Part shown: positions 1 to 9,034 of the stretch, piece by piece
Layout: every line of letters begins with the position of its first letter
Position numbering within the stretch: position 1 is the first letter of the stretch
Virus record (IMG/VR): IMGVR_UViG_3300034065_000151
Span: 32,001 to 96,000 of that record
Direction: 5' to 3' (one strand)
DNA length: 64,000 bases
DNA from: a virus
Lineage: Duplodnaviria; Caudoviricetes
Made by a program: the position numbers and the translations under genes
The notes under the pieces: generated by a model
Seen by the model: the letters and a program-made list of their open reading frames with translations, nothing else
The model's database searches: none
What the model was told of the DNA's origin: nothing

Positions 1-224
1 TTCATACAGTTACTTGAGATAAAACTTTTACCGGCACCTGGCGGACCAGCAAATAAAGTAATCCTACCTAAAGGAATACCTTTTGTAAAATCACCACTCA
101 ATGATCTATTCAATGCATAGTTCCCTGTGGAAATCCATGTTTGTGGTTCACCTAACCCACTATTGATAGTGTCGATTTTCGCAATGCTTTTCTTAAAACC
201 ATCTAGAAATTTTAGACCTGTCAT
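1..224 (-). CDS. uvsX: RecA-like recombinase UvsX (N-terminal part, runs off window)
   Basis: Manual translation MTGLKFLDGFKK...WISTGNYALNRSLSGDFTKGIPLGRITLFAGPPGAGKS (RecA motif plus Walker A); GGAGGAG RBS; follows gp32. Confidence 0.9.
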   Translation of the reverse strand, partial: MTGLKFLDGFKKSIAKIDTINSGLGEPQTWISTGNYALNRSLSGDFTKGIPLGRITLFAGPPGAGKSFISSNCM

Positions 225-241
225 ATACTCCTCCAATTAAT

Positions 242-266
242 ATGGGCAGGGAAAATCCCCACCCAT
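242..266 (-). terminator. Hairpin between gp32 and uvsX
   Basis: Minus strand ATGGGTGGGG-ATTTT-CCCTGCCCAT, 10-bp stem with G-U pairs; weak U tract. Confidence 0.45.
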
Positions 267-274
267 TGTTTTAA

Positions 275-1165
275 TTACTCTGCATTTTTATCAGCAAGTT
301 TAGCTGCTGCAGCACGAGCACGGAGTTGTTCAAGAACAGAACCACCTTTTGATGGAGCAGCTTCTTCTTTAGGAGCTGATTCTTTAGCTTCTTCTTTAGG
401 AGCTGGAGCTGGAGCTTTTTGAGCAGGAGCTTCTGATTTAGCTGGTGCACCACTATCATCAGCTGGCAAGTTAAGAGTAGAACCTGTTTGGTCTGCTACT
501 AACAATGCTTCGATAGTTGCTACATCCAATTTTGCACCACGATAATCAGCAAGATTGAACAAGGTTAATTGTTCGATAACTTCATCTTCTAAATCTGATT
601 GTTTAGGTTGGAAATTTGATGTATCATAAGATGCATATTTACCATCTTGTGTTTTCTTGATACGGAAGTTGTAACCACCTTTTAATTCATATGGTGCTTC
701 TTCAAGATCACCAGACTGGAATGCAGCTTGGATTTGTTTGAAGATTTTTGGACCAAAGTCAATCAACTTAACCAATTGAGTTTGGTCATGTTCGATTGGT
801 GATTCAATAACAAGAACCTGACCAACATATGATTTCTTACGGTAATATTTCTTACCCATTTCTTCATTCTTGTCATCATAATATTTACGAGACAAATCAC
901 AGATTGGGCACTGTTCACCATGCATAGAAAGACATGGGACTTTTTTCTTCTGACCATTGACAAATAGTTCATGCTCAAGTTTTTCAACAAGGAAGCCCAA
1001 CTGATTATTTGCGTCTAAATCTGGTAAGAAACGGATGATTGAAGTTGTACCAACTTCAGCTTTCCAGAAACTAAAGAAAAGTTTCCAGGATTGGTCGCCA
1101 TCAGTAGTGGTGGCTTTTTTATTGAATGCTGCTTTGAGCCTATCGAGTTTGTTTTGTGCTGACAT
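275..1165 (-). CDS. gp32: Single-stranded DNA-binding protein, T4 gp32 family
   Basis: IIRFLPD, CLSMHGEQCPIC Zn site, FGPKIFK, GYNFRIKK..GKYASYDTSNF motifs; low-complexity C-tail. Confidence 0.92.
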   Translation of the reverse strand: MSAQNKLDRLKAAFNKKATTTDGDQSWKLFFSFWKAEVGTTSIIRFLPDLDANNQLGFLVEKLEHELFVNGQKKKVPCLSMHGEQCPICDLSRKYYDDKNEEMGKKYYRKKSYVGQVLVIESPIEHDQTQLVKLIDFGPKIFKQIQAAFQSGDLEEAPYELKGGYNFRIKKTQDGKYASYDTSNFQPKQSDLEDEVIEQLTLFNLADYRGAKLDVATIEALLVADQTGSTLNLPADDSGAPAKSEAPAQKAPAPAPKEEAKESAPKEEAAPSKGGSVLEQLRARAAAAKLADKNAE

Positions 1166-1232
1166 TTGAATCTCCTAAATTTAAAAATTAAAGTGTAAAA
1201 TAATAAAAGTGCACGAAATTAATCGTACATTC

Positions 1233-1240
1233 TATTTATA
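1233..1240 (-). promoter_or_regulatory. T4-type late promoter TATAAATA upstream of gp32
   Basis: Exact TATAAATA on minus strand; gp55 is encoded in the window. Confidence 0.6.
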
Positions 1241-1321
1241 AAAATTTTTCATCGGGAAGAAATTCGGAAGGCACTTCAGAATTACAGCATCATTAGAAGG
1301 CATTGCACCTCCATTACAAAC

Positions 1322-1350
1322 ATTATAACATGGATTTTATTTAATGTACA
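1322..1350 (-). promoter_or_regulatory. Sigma70-like promoter upstream of gp32
   Basis: TGTACA-N17-TATAAT with extended TG. Confidence 0.65.
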
Positions 1351-1353
1351 TCT

Positions 1354-1917
1354 TTATTCAATAAAATCCAAGTTAAATGATGGTTGTTTAGTACCATCAA
1401 CTATTATCAAAAAGTCAACTTCTTCCCCCAAAAGGACTTCAGTTTGACGCATGTACATATCACGGACCACAGATTCTGGTACAGATTTGTCAGTACGAGT
1501 CTTTTGACGATCGATAACAACCTGCAAAGGTGTTTGCATTTGTACAGCACAAACTTTGAAACCTTTAGCACGAGCTTCAGTTGTCCAACGAGCACGAGAC
1601 TTTTTAGACAAGTTAGTATTGTCAATAAACAATACATCATATGCCAAACACTTATTCCATTCCTGGGTAGTGAATTCTTTGAACTCTTTTTCATGTTCAG
1701 TAGCATAAGCAAAAACCATAGCATACTGAGCTTTCATAGAATCATTATCTGACCACCCCTGACCTGCATGTGAATGGTTCATAAATGAGAATCGGCAGTC
1801 ATCCAAAGAGAAGACTGCTTGAGTACAATCTTTCAACAGATCGGATATGGCTTTCTGAGCTGTAGATTTACCAGAGCCAGAAACACCAACCATCAAAAAT
1901 GCTATTTTATTTTTCAT
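1354..1917 (-). CDS. P-loop kinase (AAA_33 / polynucleotide kinase-like)
   Basis: LMVGVSGSGKST, IDNTNL, RQKTR..KSVPESVV; start taken at MKNKI (ATGA overlap). Confidence 0.8.
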   Translation of the reverse strand: MKNKIAFLMVGVSGSGKSTAQKAISDLLKDCTQAVFSLDDCRFSFMNHSHAGQGWSDNDSMKAQYAMVFAYATEHEKEFKEFTTQEWNKCLAYDVLFIDNTNLSKKSRARWTTEARAKGFKVCAVQMQTPLQVVIDRQKTRTDKSVPESVVRDMYMRQTEVLLGEEVDFLIIVDGTKQPSFNLDFIE

Positions 1918-2153
1918 ACAAATGCTTTCCATGATTCATTAGGATCGTAAATTGGATTACCTTCTGCATCAGTCTCAATACCAGATTGAAACCAAGTAAG
2001 GTCATACAAGCGGGCAAGATCAACTTCACTTACAGGTTTATCAGTTGCCCATACATAAATTTCATCATGATCGGCACCAATATTATAACCATTTGGGTTG
2101 TCTTTATACTTCATCAGGATACTAAGTCCTGTCATAAAATTTAATGTATTCAT
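1914..2153 (-). CDS. Hypothetical protein
   Basis: ORF in a tightly packed, translationally coupled operon. Confidence 0.6.
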   Translation of the reverse strand: MNTLNFMTGLSILMKYKDNPNGYNIGADHDEIYVWATDKPVSEVDLARLYDLTWFQSGIETDAEGNPIYDPNESWKAFV

Positions 2154-2389
2154 TCTTTACCATCCTCAATTTGATCTTGGCGAAGTCGTGCTAATAAAGC
2201 TACCACTTGTTCAAGACCAGTTAAGTGTTTATATTTTTCATTCATGAAAAAATCATCACCAAATAATCCCACACATGTATGATGAATAGTTATCCATGGA
2301 CTTGGTTGATCATTTAATGTGCATATCGTATATTCAAGATGAATTTCATCATCACGATATGGTATAACTATAACTTTTTTCTCAGCCAT
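2150..2389 (-). CDS. Hypothetical protein
   Basis: ORF in operon; start taken at MAEKK. Confidence 0.55.
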   Translation of the reverse strand: MAEKKVIVIPYRDDEIHLEYTICTLNDQPSPWITIHHTCVGLFGDDFFMNEKYKHLTGLEQVVALLARLRQDQIEDGKE

Positions 2390-2391
2390 AG

Positions 2392-3012
2392 TTATACATG
2401 CTCCCATTCTTTTATCCACACATCAACAGCTGCCAACTTCACAGCTTGATCGTCGGAGAAACGGCCATGTTGATCACTCAATAACAAATCCAACCATGCT
2501 CTATGACCAGGTTCACCCATACGAAGCATGAAAGCATCCTTCAAAGCTTTACGCTTTCTTTTATCTTTCAATCCGAATGGTACATGGTGTTCCAACATCA
2601 TAGCCACATTAGCTATATCTTCCAATGAGAAACCCAACAAAGTGGTAACCATATCCAAATTAGACATAGCATAGTCAACCCACATACGAGCAGACAACTG
2701 TTCATGACCATGATAAGCACGATACTCACCACGTTCTTCAGAATGTTTTATGATCTGTGCTGGTGGTTTACCCACATCATGGAAAGTACAAGCGATCAAA
2801 GACAACATCCGCTGCTTTTCATTTCTGTAAGTGTAAAAATTATCCATGTAGTATTCGATAAGCATACGAGTATGCTCCGCCACATTTGGCTCACGATGCC
2901 AAGGAGAATCTTCACGAGTATTTGCCATAGCACGATACAAATCAGTTTTACGGAATTGACCATAAAATTGATTAAATCGTTGTCCAGCTGTTGTTGGTTT
3001 AGGGTCTGCCAT
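2392..3012 (-). CDS. HD-domain phosphohydrolase
   Basis: WHREPNVAEHT...FHDVGKP...GHEQLSA...EHH...SDQHGR, like HD domains of CCA-adding and RNA repair enzymes; start MADPK with RBS. Confidence 0.8.
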   Translation of the reverse strand: MADPKPTTAGQRFNQFYGQFRKTDLYRAMANTREDSPWHREPNVAEHTRMLIEYYMDNFYTYRNEKQRMLSLIACTFHDVGKPPAQIIKHSEERGEYRAYHGHEQLSARMWVDYAMSNLDMVTTLLGFSLEDIANVAMMLEHHVPFGLKDKRKRKALKDAFMLRMGEPGHRAWLDLLLSDQHGRFSDDQAVKLAAVDVWIKEWEHV

Positions 3013-3610
3013 TTGGTTCCTTAATTGTTCTAATTCTATTTGCTCCGGCCCATTCATCACCGAATTGCTTTGGGTAATTATACCACACTCTGGCCGACCA
3101 TACATCTATTTTATGACAAAATGCAGCTAATTCATTCATTACTCTATGAGTACTTGAGTAATCTGAGATTTCACCTTCTACATATGTCAAACCATTCAAT
3201 TGGTAATCTGTTAAAACAATACCATATTCTTTTAATTTATCTTCACGGAATTGTTTAAATGCTTCTTTGGTATCTAATCCGGGTTTGTTTCTAACTGTAC
3301 CATCCTTAAGAACCTCAATTCTCCATGGCTTTTCTAAGTCATGAAGGAAGAAAATCAGTAAGGCATCCGAAATACTGAATGGTAATGGTCGTCCAAACAT
3401 CTCATCAAAGTGATAAAGGTGACAAGCATAATTCATGCCATCAGTAATGTGATCAATATAACCACCATCCCAAGCTTGATGATTATGAGTGGATCCTCTT
3501 GTTTGTTCAAAGAGTGCTCTGTTATCTTTTAAAATAGCAAGACAGCCCTCACTAAAGGGGCTGTCAATTAAAAACAATAATTGTTCAATTCGATAATATC
3601 GTGGTGTCAT
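2999..3610 (-). CDS. HD-domain phosphohydrolase
   Basis: HNHQAWDGGYIDH...FFLHDLEK...HKIDVWSAR. Confidence 0.75.
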   Translation of the reverse strand: MTPRYYRIEQLLFLIDSPFSEGCLAILKDNRALFEQTRGSTHNHQAWDGGYIDHITDGMNYACHLYHFDEMFGRPLPFSISDALLIFFLHDLEKPWRIEVLKDGTVRNKPGLDTKEAFKQFREDKLKEYGIVLTDYQLNGLTYVEGEISDYSSTHRVMNELAAFCHKIDVWSARVWYNYPKQFGDEWAGANRIRTIKEPNGRP

Positions 3611-3913
3611 TTATTTTGGGCGACCTTCTTGTAACCAAGTATGAATAGCTTCTTGGCATTCATTAATATAATCAAGCATACCTTGTGGCATACCTTCGTG
3701 TTCATCACGTCCACCAAAGTTTAAAACTAAGGCATCAAACATAGCATCTTCACAAAAACCACCAAGTTCATTTGCATCGATGTAATCATGCAGGTCACCA
3801 AAAGTTTTAACTGTTTTTGGAATCCGTTTTGTTTTCATCTCATCAAGAACTTCTTGTTTCATTCTTGCGACAGTTTGTTCGATTGTTGGAATTGTTGACA
3901 TTTGAATCTCCAA
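3611..3913 (-). CDS. Hypothetical early protein
   Basis: ORF directly downstream of a sigma70-like promoter, with RBS (true start may be MSTIP). Confidence 0.65.
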   Translation of the reverse strand: MEIQMSTIPTIEQTVARMKQEVLDEMKTKRIPKTVKTFGDLHDYIDANELGGFCEDAMFDALVLNFGGRDEHEGMPQGMLDYINECQEAIHTWLQEGRPK

Positions 3914-3932
3914 GTGGTTAGCGTATGTAAAG

Positions 3933-3961
3933 ATTATAACCAGCTTTCAGATAAAAGTAAA
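3933..3961 (-). promoter_or_regulatory. Sigma70-like early promoter
   Basis: TTTACT-N17-TATAAT. Confidence 0.65.
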
Positions 3962-3980
3962 CATTTAAATTGTAACGGAA

Positions 3981-4250
3981 TTAGTCCATTTCAAATAATT
4001 CTCTTAATACCTTGTTAAAAAATCGGTTGGTTTCAGCTGTAGCAATACCAAGTCGTTGAAGTTCATCTATCATGATATCCCCTTCAAACTGTATTTGTTT
4101 GATAAAATTACCACAGTTAAAACTAGCTTTAAGGAAATTGTTTAAATCCCTTGTGGCTCTTGTACTAGCAACTGTCAATGGCTTTATCAAGCCCCAATCA
4201 TTTGGTGTAAAGCTTGGATCGATAATAATTTTTTTATTAAGTTGTCCCAT
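3981..4250 (-). CDS. Hypothetical protein
   Basis: ORF in packed operon. Confidence 0.55.
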   Translation of the reverse strand: MGQLNKKIIIDPSFTPNDWGLIKPLTVASTRATRDLNNFLKASFNCGNFIKQIQFEGDIMIDELQRLGIATAETNRFFNKVLRELFEMD

Positions 4251-4251
4251 T

Positions 4252-4455
4252 TTAAATCACTTCTATAGTATGAGGGCATGAATTTTTAAATAGTCGAGTA
4301 TACTGGTGGCCACTATATGTATAGTAACATTCCCACATTACTTCATGTGTAACTGTGGTAACCATCTCTTGACGACCAGTAAAGTATGCAGTTATTGGGA
4401 ACGCATATACAGTCGTAACAAAAGTCAATAATATAATTGATAATAGTTTTTTCAT
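4252..4455 (-). CDS. Small exported protein with signal peptide
   Basis: MKKLLSIILLTFVTTVYA signal-like N-terminus; two Cys in mature part. Confidence 0.6.
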   Translation of the reverse strand: MKKLLSIILLTFVTTVYAFPITAYFTGRQEMVTTVTHEVMWECYYTYSGHQYTRLFKNSCPHTIEVI

Positions 4456-4674
4456 TATCGAGCCTTTTCAAATTGCATACAAAGGGATTCTGGAAGGGCA
4501 CTAAACATATAACAATGTTGAATATCATCACCATCAAATTTTGTATTGTTGGGATTGTGTTTACATTGAAGGCATGCTTCTGAATCAGGTGGTAAATCAG
4601 CTAATAGTGAACTAGACATACAGTCTAAGTCCATAATTGCAAACATAATATTCATTGCCTGAGCTTGATTCATA

Positions 4675-5001
4675 TTAGTCCTCAAACAGAAAAGCCAATT
4701 CTGTATTAATATCAATATATGTGGTTGCATCATCGGTCATATTGATTAGAATTATCAAACGTTGAAGTTCACCAACATAAAAACTTCCATGTAAACTAAT
4801 CATATACCATTCATTCCAAATATCTGCTGTCAAACGGTCAATAGCAATTTCACGGGTTTTAGCAGGAAAAAACCATTTTGACATTTGGTGTTTAATTAAT
4901 TCTTCACGTTCTTCAGAAATACGTAGATTATGATTTTCTAAATACTTTGTTGCTACGTCATGAACCATATGTTTATTTAATGGCACTTTATTGTTCATCA
5001 T
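4675..5001 (-). CDS. Hypothetical protein
   Basis: ORF in packed operon. Confidence 0.55.
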   Translation of the reverse strand: MMNNKVPLNKHMVHDVATKYLENHNLRISEEREELIKHQMSKWFFPAKTREIAIDRLTADIWNEWYMISLHGSFYVGELQRLIILINMTDDATTYIDINTELAFLFED

Positions 5002-5194
5002 TGACTCCAGGTCTAATTATTGCATCGGGAAAGAATTCAGCCACTAATTCTTCAGGTGTTCGTATTGTACCATCTAAATTGTATTCTGGGTATAATTCTT
5101 TTAACCGGATACACTGTTTACAAGTGGCTGGTGGACCAGAAAAGAAATTACAGAAAATATGATGCCGATCTAACTCGACTTTAATCTTTTTCAT
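4988..5194 (-). CDS. Hypothetical Cys-containing protein
   Basis: HHIFC...CKQC; ATGA coupling. Confidence 0.55.
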   Translation of the reverse strand: MKKIKVELDRHHIFCNFFSGPPATCKQCIRLKELYPEYNLDGTIRTPEELVAEFFPDAIIRPGVNDEQ

Positions 5195-5616
5195 AGATCG
5201 AATTGTTTAGCAATATGGTGGAAGATTGCTTCTTCTTTAGCATGAGCTTCAATTTCCCATGGACGTTTTGCATATGGTGTTTTCATTGAAATCTTTTTAC
5301 CCATCCAGATCATATCAAAATTGGAACCATGTGGAACCATTTTAAGTTGACCTTTAGCAATTTGTTTTACGTGGATCATTTCATGACCGAAGGTTCTAAC
5401 CAAATCCATAGGAGAAAGCCTACAGCTAAACTGTACATGGATATTTTTACCTTCATGAATACATGCACCTAATTTTTCTTTACTTGGTGCTGTCACAAAT
5501 GAAATTTGCAATGAATATTTGCTGTTCTGTAAAGCCAGAGACTTAATATAATATTCACATAAAACGGTCGCTAATTGTTTTTTTATTTCTGATCGAGTTG
5601 AAATACTATAAATCAT
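5191..5616 (-). CDS. Zincin-like metallopeptidase
   Basis: HEMIHVKQ (HExxH) and PWEIEA motifs. Confidence 0.75.
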   Translation of the reverse strand: MIYSISTRSEIKKQLATVLCEYYIKSLALQNSKYSLQISFVTAPSKEKLGACIHEGKNIHVQFSCRLSPMDLVRTFGHEMIHVKQIAKGQLKMVPHGSNFDMIWMGKKISMKTPYAKRPWEIEAHAKEEAIFHHIAKQFDL

Positions 5617-5619
5617 TTA

Positions 5620-5934
5620 TTAGAAGTCCTTGGTTATAACAACAGTGATATCTTTCAATCGTGGTTGTAATGCTAATGTCCATTCAGTTGGTACAAATAC
5701 CCAAGTAGTAATAACATCATCAGCATCTCTTATACAATCTTTCAATGTAAAGTATGCAACATTACCAGTTTTCTCAGAAAAGATACCGAAGCCAAGTTCC
5801 ATTTCATCGGCCGATAGTTGACGGAGAACTGCAGGACACCGAGAGATTGGGGCTGTAAAATACTTAAATGATTTGTTATAAGTAAAGCAGTTTGATAAAT
5901 AAGTTACACCAATTATATTTTCCATTAGAAGCAT
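5620..5934 (-). CDS. Hypothetical protein
   Basis: ORF in packed operon. Confidence 0.55.
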   Translation of the reverse strand: MLLMENIIGVTYLSNCFTYNKSFKYFTAPISRCPAVLRQLSADEMELGFGIFSEKTGNVAYFTLKDCIRDADDVITTWVFVPTEWTLALQPRLKDITVVITKDF

Positions 5935-6132
5935 CCTATAAGTATAGTTTCACAATGATCAACACAACACTCATAGGTATTGTTTTCTATATGTTTAATT
6001 GGTATAATCCCATAATTGCAAATCTTTTCAAAAATACAATGCTGGCCCATAAATGGATGAGCTGCCCCATCACATTTAATACTTCCAGATTCAGGAAGGG
6101 AAACACTATCACCCGGTTTTAAATCTTTGATG

Positions 6133-6525
6133 TCATTCATTAGGTTTATCTGTAAATTGACACCAGCAGGTTTCCCATGTTGCTGATCCACCATAGGTAT
6201 CAAGACCTTCCATTAAACCTGTGCCATTACAATGATGGCATACCTTTGGGGCTTCAGGTTCTTTTGGACGTTCATTATGGCGACGTTTGGTCCAACTGTA
6301 ATTAGAACCATCTGGAAGTTTGCCATCTTCAACAGCAGTACAACCATTACCACCGACTTGGCTACCAAGTTCAGAAGAGATAACAACATGTCGACATTTT
6401 GCTTTACGCAATTCTTCAGTAAATGATAAAGCTTTTCCGAGCTCATCATCATTAAATTCTTGGCATGATGAACCATCACCATACTCTATTTTATTTGGAT
6501 CTATCCAAAATACAACTATACTCAT
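6133..6525 (-). CDS. Hypothetical protein with C-terminal Zn-ribbon
   Basis: CHHCNGTG...CWC; RBS upstream. Confidence 0.6.
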   Translation of the reverse strand: MSIVVFWIDPNKIEYGDGSSCQEFNDDELGKALSFTEELRKAKCRHVVISSELGSQVGGNGCTAVEDGKLPDGSNYSWTKRRHNERPKEPEAPKVCHHCNGTGLMEGLDTYGGSATWETCWCQFTDKPNE

Positions 6526-6540
6526 ATCATCCTTTATAAA

Positions 6541-6834
6541 TTAACCGGGTCCACCATCATAAGATTTGGTAGTGTTACTTTTAATTTCTGTCAACAATTC
6601 TATTACGGCGGAACTATCCACGGCAGGTTTTGTACCATCCATGTATATTAAATCTTTTAAAAGTTGGGTTTGTTTTTTGGCTTCTTCCAAAATCGCAAAG
6701 AGGAGATTGGCTTCCATACTATTACTTGTCATAATAGTTTGATCATAAAGATTCATATTAACATATGAAGAATGAATCATAGTATGTAGTGCAAATGTTA
6801 ATTCTTTTTTTGGTGCAGTCTCTGACATAATCAA
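6541..6834 (-). CDS. Hypothetical early protein
   Basis: First ORF after a sigma70-like promoter. Confidence 0.55.
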   Translation of the reverse strand: MIMSETAPKKELTFALHTMIHSSYVNMNLYDQTIMTSNSMEANLLFAILEEAKKQTQLLKDLIYMDGTKPAVDSSAVIELLTEIKSNTTKSYDGGPG

Positions 6835-6856
6835 TATCCCTTTAAAAGTTAAATTG

Positions 6857-6885
6857 ATTATATCATGATTATAGTTGAATGTAAA
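6857..6885 (-). promoter_or_regulatory. Sigma70-like early promoter
   Basis: TTTACA-N17-TATAAT with extended TG. Confidence 0.7.
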
Positions 6886-6890
6886 TTACT

Positions 6891-8036
6891 TTATATGACA
6901 AATGGTAAGGCTTCACCTTCAAATTGATCCTTACCTTCTTCATCATCATTATGTGCATCAGCATCAGGTGCTACTGATTCATAAACTATTTTCCTAGCCT
7001 TCTCGTCATAAGATGATAACCGTGTTAATAATTTCATAATTAATGTCATAGCCATAACAGCATCATCAGTACAACCAGTTTTTGCTTTGTAAGTATTACC
7101 AACTGAGATAAAGTTCTGTAACTCAAATAATAATGTTTCTGATCTAATATGTAAACCATCCTTAGAACCTTTTTCTAAAAGATTCTTTAACTGCATACAA
7201 GTTAACATTTTAACTTTGTTTGTTGTATAAACACCAAGTCTATTATCCTTTTCACTATATAAATCAACACCATCTATATAGACACCACCATCGGGGGATT
7301 CATCATTTTGTATAAGAGCAACTAATGCTTCACCAACACCATTACGTTCAAAGGTCCAAAGAATTTCAGAACGACCACCCATTTTCCCAGGCTTCCTTAG
7401 GAATTTGAATAACCATTTTATCTTGGCATAAATTAATGGTACATTAACTTGATTCAATCGAAGTTCAATGACCTGTTCTAATGAAGGGAATTCTACCACC
7501 TGTATAACAGTGAAGTCATTACCTGTACCAGTAGCAGGATCAATACCAACCAAATAGGTTTTATCACGGCCACCAAAGTCTTCTTTCCAGAATTTGAATC
7601 CCATATCTTCACGGATTGGTTGTGCGGCTTTAAGATATGACAATTTTAATGAGTCAAGTAACATTGCCTCAGATGAAATAAATTGACAATTATGGGAAAT
7701 TACCCCAGTAGTCATATAAGCACTACCACCCTCTACATCTAATAAATCATATAAAAACTGAGGTTCTTTTAATATTTTAACTGATAATATAGGATCATCA
7801 CCACCATCTATAGTAGTAAGTGACATTCCTGGTTCAATATGCTCAGCATCACACCAACCACATTCTACTAAAAATTTATGATGTAACCCACAAATAATTT
7901 TATTTGAAGTAGATATAATTTCAACAACTTCTTCATGCCAAGTTTTAGACATTCCACTAAAAGATTTCATTCCAGTTGGAGTCTGAATCTTTAAACCTTT
8001 AGTATTCTTTATTATTGATTGAGCCAAATTTTGCAT
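6891..8036 (-). CDS. terL: Split-intein C-fragment (116 aa) fused to terminase large subunit nuclease half
   Basis: Intein blocks ICGLHHKF, LYDLLDV, GVISHN/C; then RNase H-like LVGIDPATGTGNDF, FERNGVG, TDDAVMA. Confidence 0.9.
   Translation of the reverse strand: MQNLAQSIIKNTKGLKIQTPTGMKSFSGMSKTWHEEVVEIISTSNKIICGLHHKFLVECGWCDAEHIEPGMSLTTIDGGDDPILSVKILKEPQFLYDLLDVEGGSAYMTTGVISHNCQFISSEAMLLDSLKLSYLKAAQPIREDMGFKFWKEDFGGRDKTYLVGIDPATGTGNDFTVIQVVEFPSLEQVIELRLNQVNVPLIYAKIKWLFKFLRKPGKMGGRSEILWTFERNGVGEALVALIQNDESPDGGVYIDGVDLYSEKDNRLGVYTTNKVKMLTCMQLKNLLEKGSKDGLHIRSETLLFELQNFISVGNTYKAKTGCTDDAVMAMTLIMKLLTRLSSYDEKARKIVYESVAPDADAHNDDEEGKDQFEGEALPFVI
7689..8036 (-). mobile_element. Intein C-fragment (IntC)
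   Basis: Ends His-Asn followed by Cys+1. Confidence 0.85.
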
Positions 8037-9034
8037 TCTTCTATTACCTTATTAGGATTTTTCTTATAATCAGATTCCCATACAACTTTAACTTGAAATC
8101 CAGCATCTTCTACTATTTTTTTCTTTAAAGCATCATGTTCCCATATTTTACAAGCCATTCTTTTTTTATTTCGACCAATTAAAAAATCAGCATTATATTT
8201 TTTGGGATTACCATGCCAATAATCACCATTAAATTCTATAATTTTCATATTATAATTAAAATCATATATTTTTCCATTTACTGATTTTTCTTTAGTCTTT
8301 GGTTTAAACATTGCTTGATTATTAATATCTAAGTAACTAAATAATATTGAAGCAATTTTAGAATATCCAGCAAATTTATGTTTATTAGCAGGACATTCCA
8401 TACCATATCTTTTAATATTAGTCTTTCTACGTTTTTCTATATTACCTTGCTTTTCTTCTTGAGATTTTAAATTCCAATTATCACTAATTTTCTTACCATG
8501 AATATTCAATTCTTCTTCAGATTTATTAGCCCAAGTTTCTTTTGTCTTGTCCCAATTAGCATAATCTTCTCTACCATACTTACCTAACATTGTCACTTTA
8601 CGCTTCTGAGCTGTTCTTTCATATCCAGTTAACCCATCTTTACCAATTTTATTATTAGCTTCATCACATCGTTTTATCATCTCTATTTTTATATCTGGAT
8701 TATCTTTTAATGTTTTAGCTCTCTTAATATTACCCTCTAACTTACATTCATCAGATTTATTTTTACCAGCTTAACTATAGGCCTTACTAGTACATTCTTT
8801 ACTACCACATACTTCATGAAATATCCAATTTATACCATCATTACTTTTTAATTTAGTAGTGTTATCACAATATATACATTTTGGTGCAATCTGTTCATAC
8901 TTAACCACATAATCATGTAATGTTAAATTTTGTTTAGCTAATGATAATGAAAACTTACCATTAGTTAAACAATACTCCTTATTATCAATTAATGAATTGA
9001 TGTATTTCGATTTCCCCCGATTCAAGATTGGCAT
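8012..9034 (-). pseudogene. Free-standing homing endonuclease (Zn-finger plus Vsr/DUF559-like PD-(D/E)xK), interrupted by in-frame TAA at 8771-8773
   Basis: ORFs 8771..9070 and 8012..8680 are one frame: KECTSKAYS*AGKNKSDECK...MIKRC; CIYC..CGSKEC; YDF...IIEFNGDYWHGNP...VVWESD. Confidence 0.75.

Noticed and set aside
1354-1380. Kinase C-terminus FNLDFIE resembling the T4 clamp-binding SLDFL peptide
   Set aside because: Too short to distinguish from chance
8037-8984. Group I intron or contiguous intein in terL
   Set aside because: The interval is fully occupied by an ORF in another frame overlapping both halves; no intron core is visible; both halves carry intein termini
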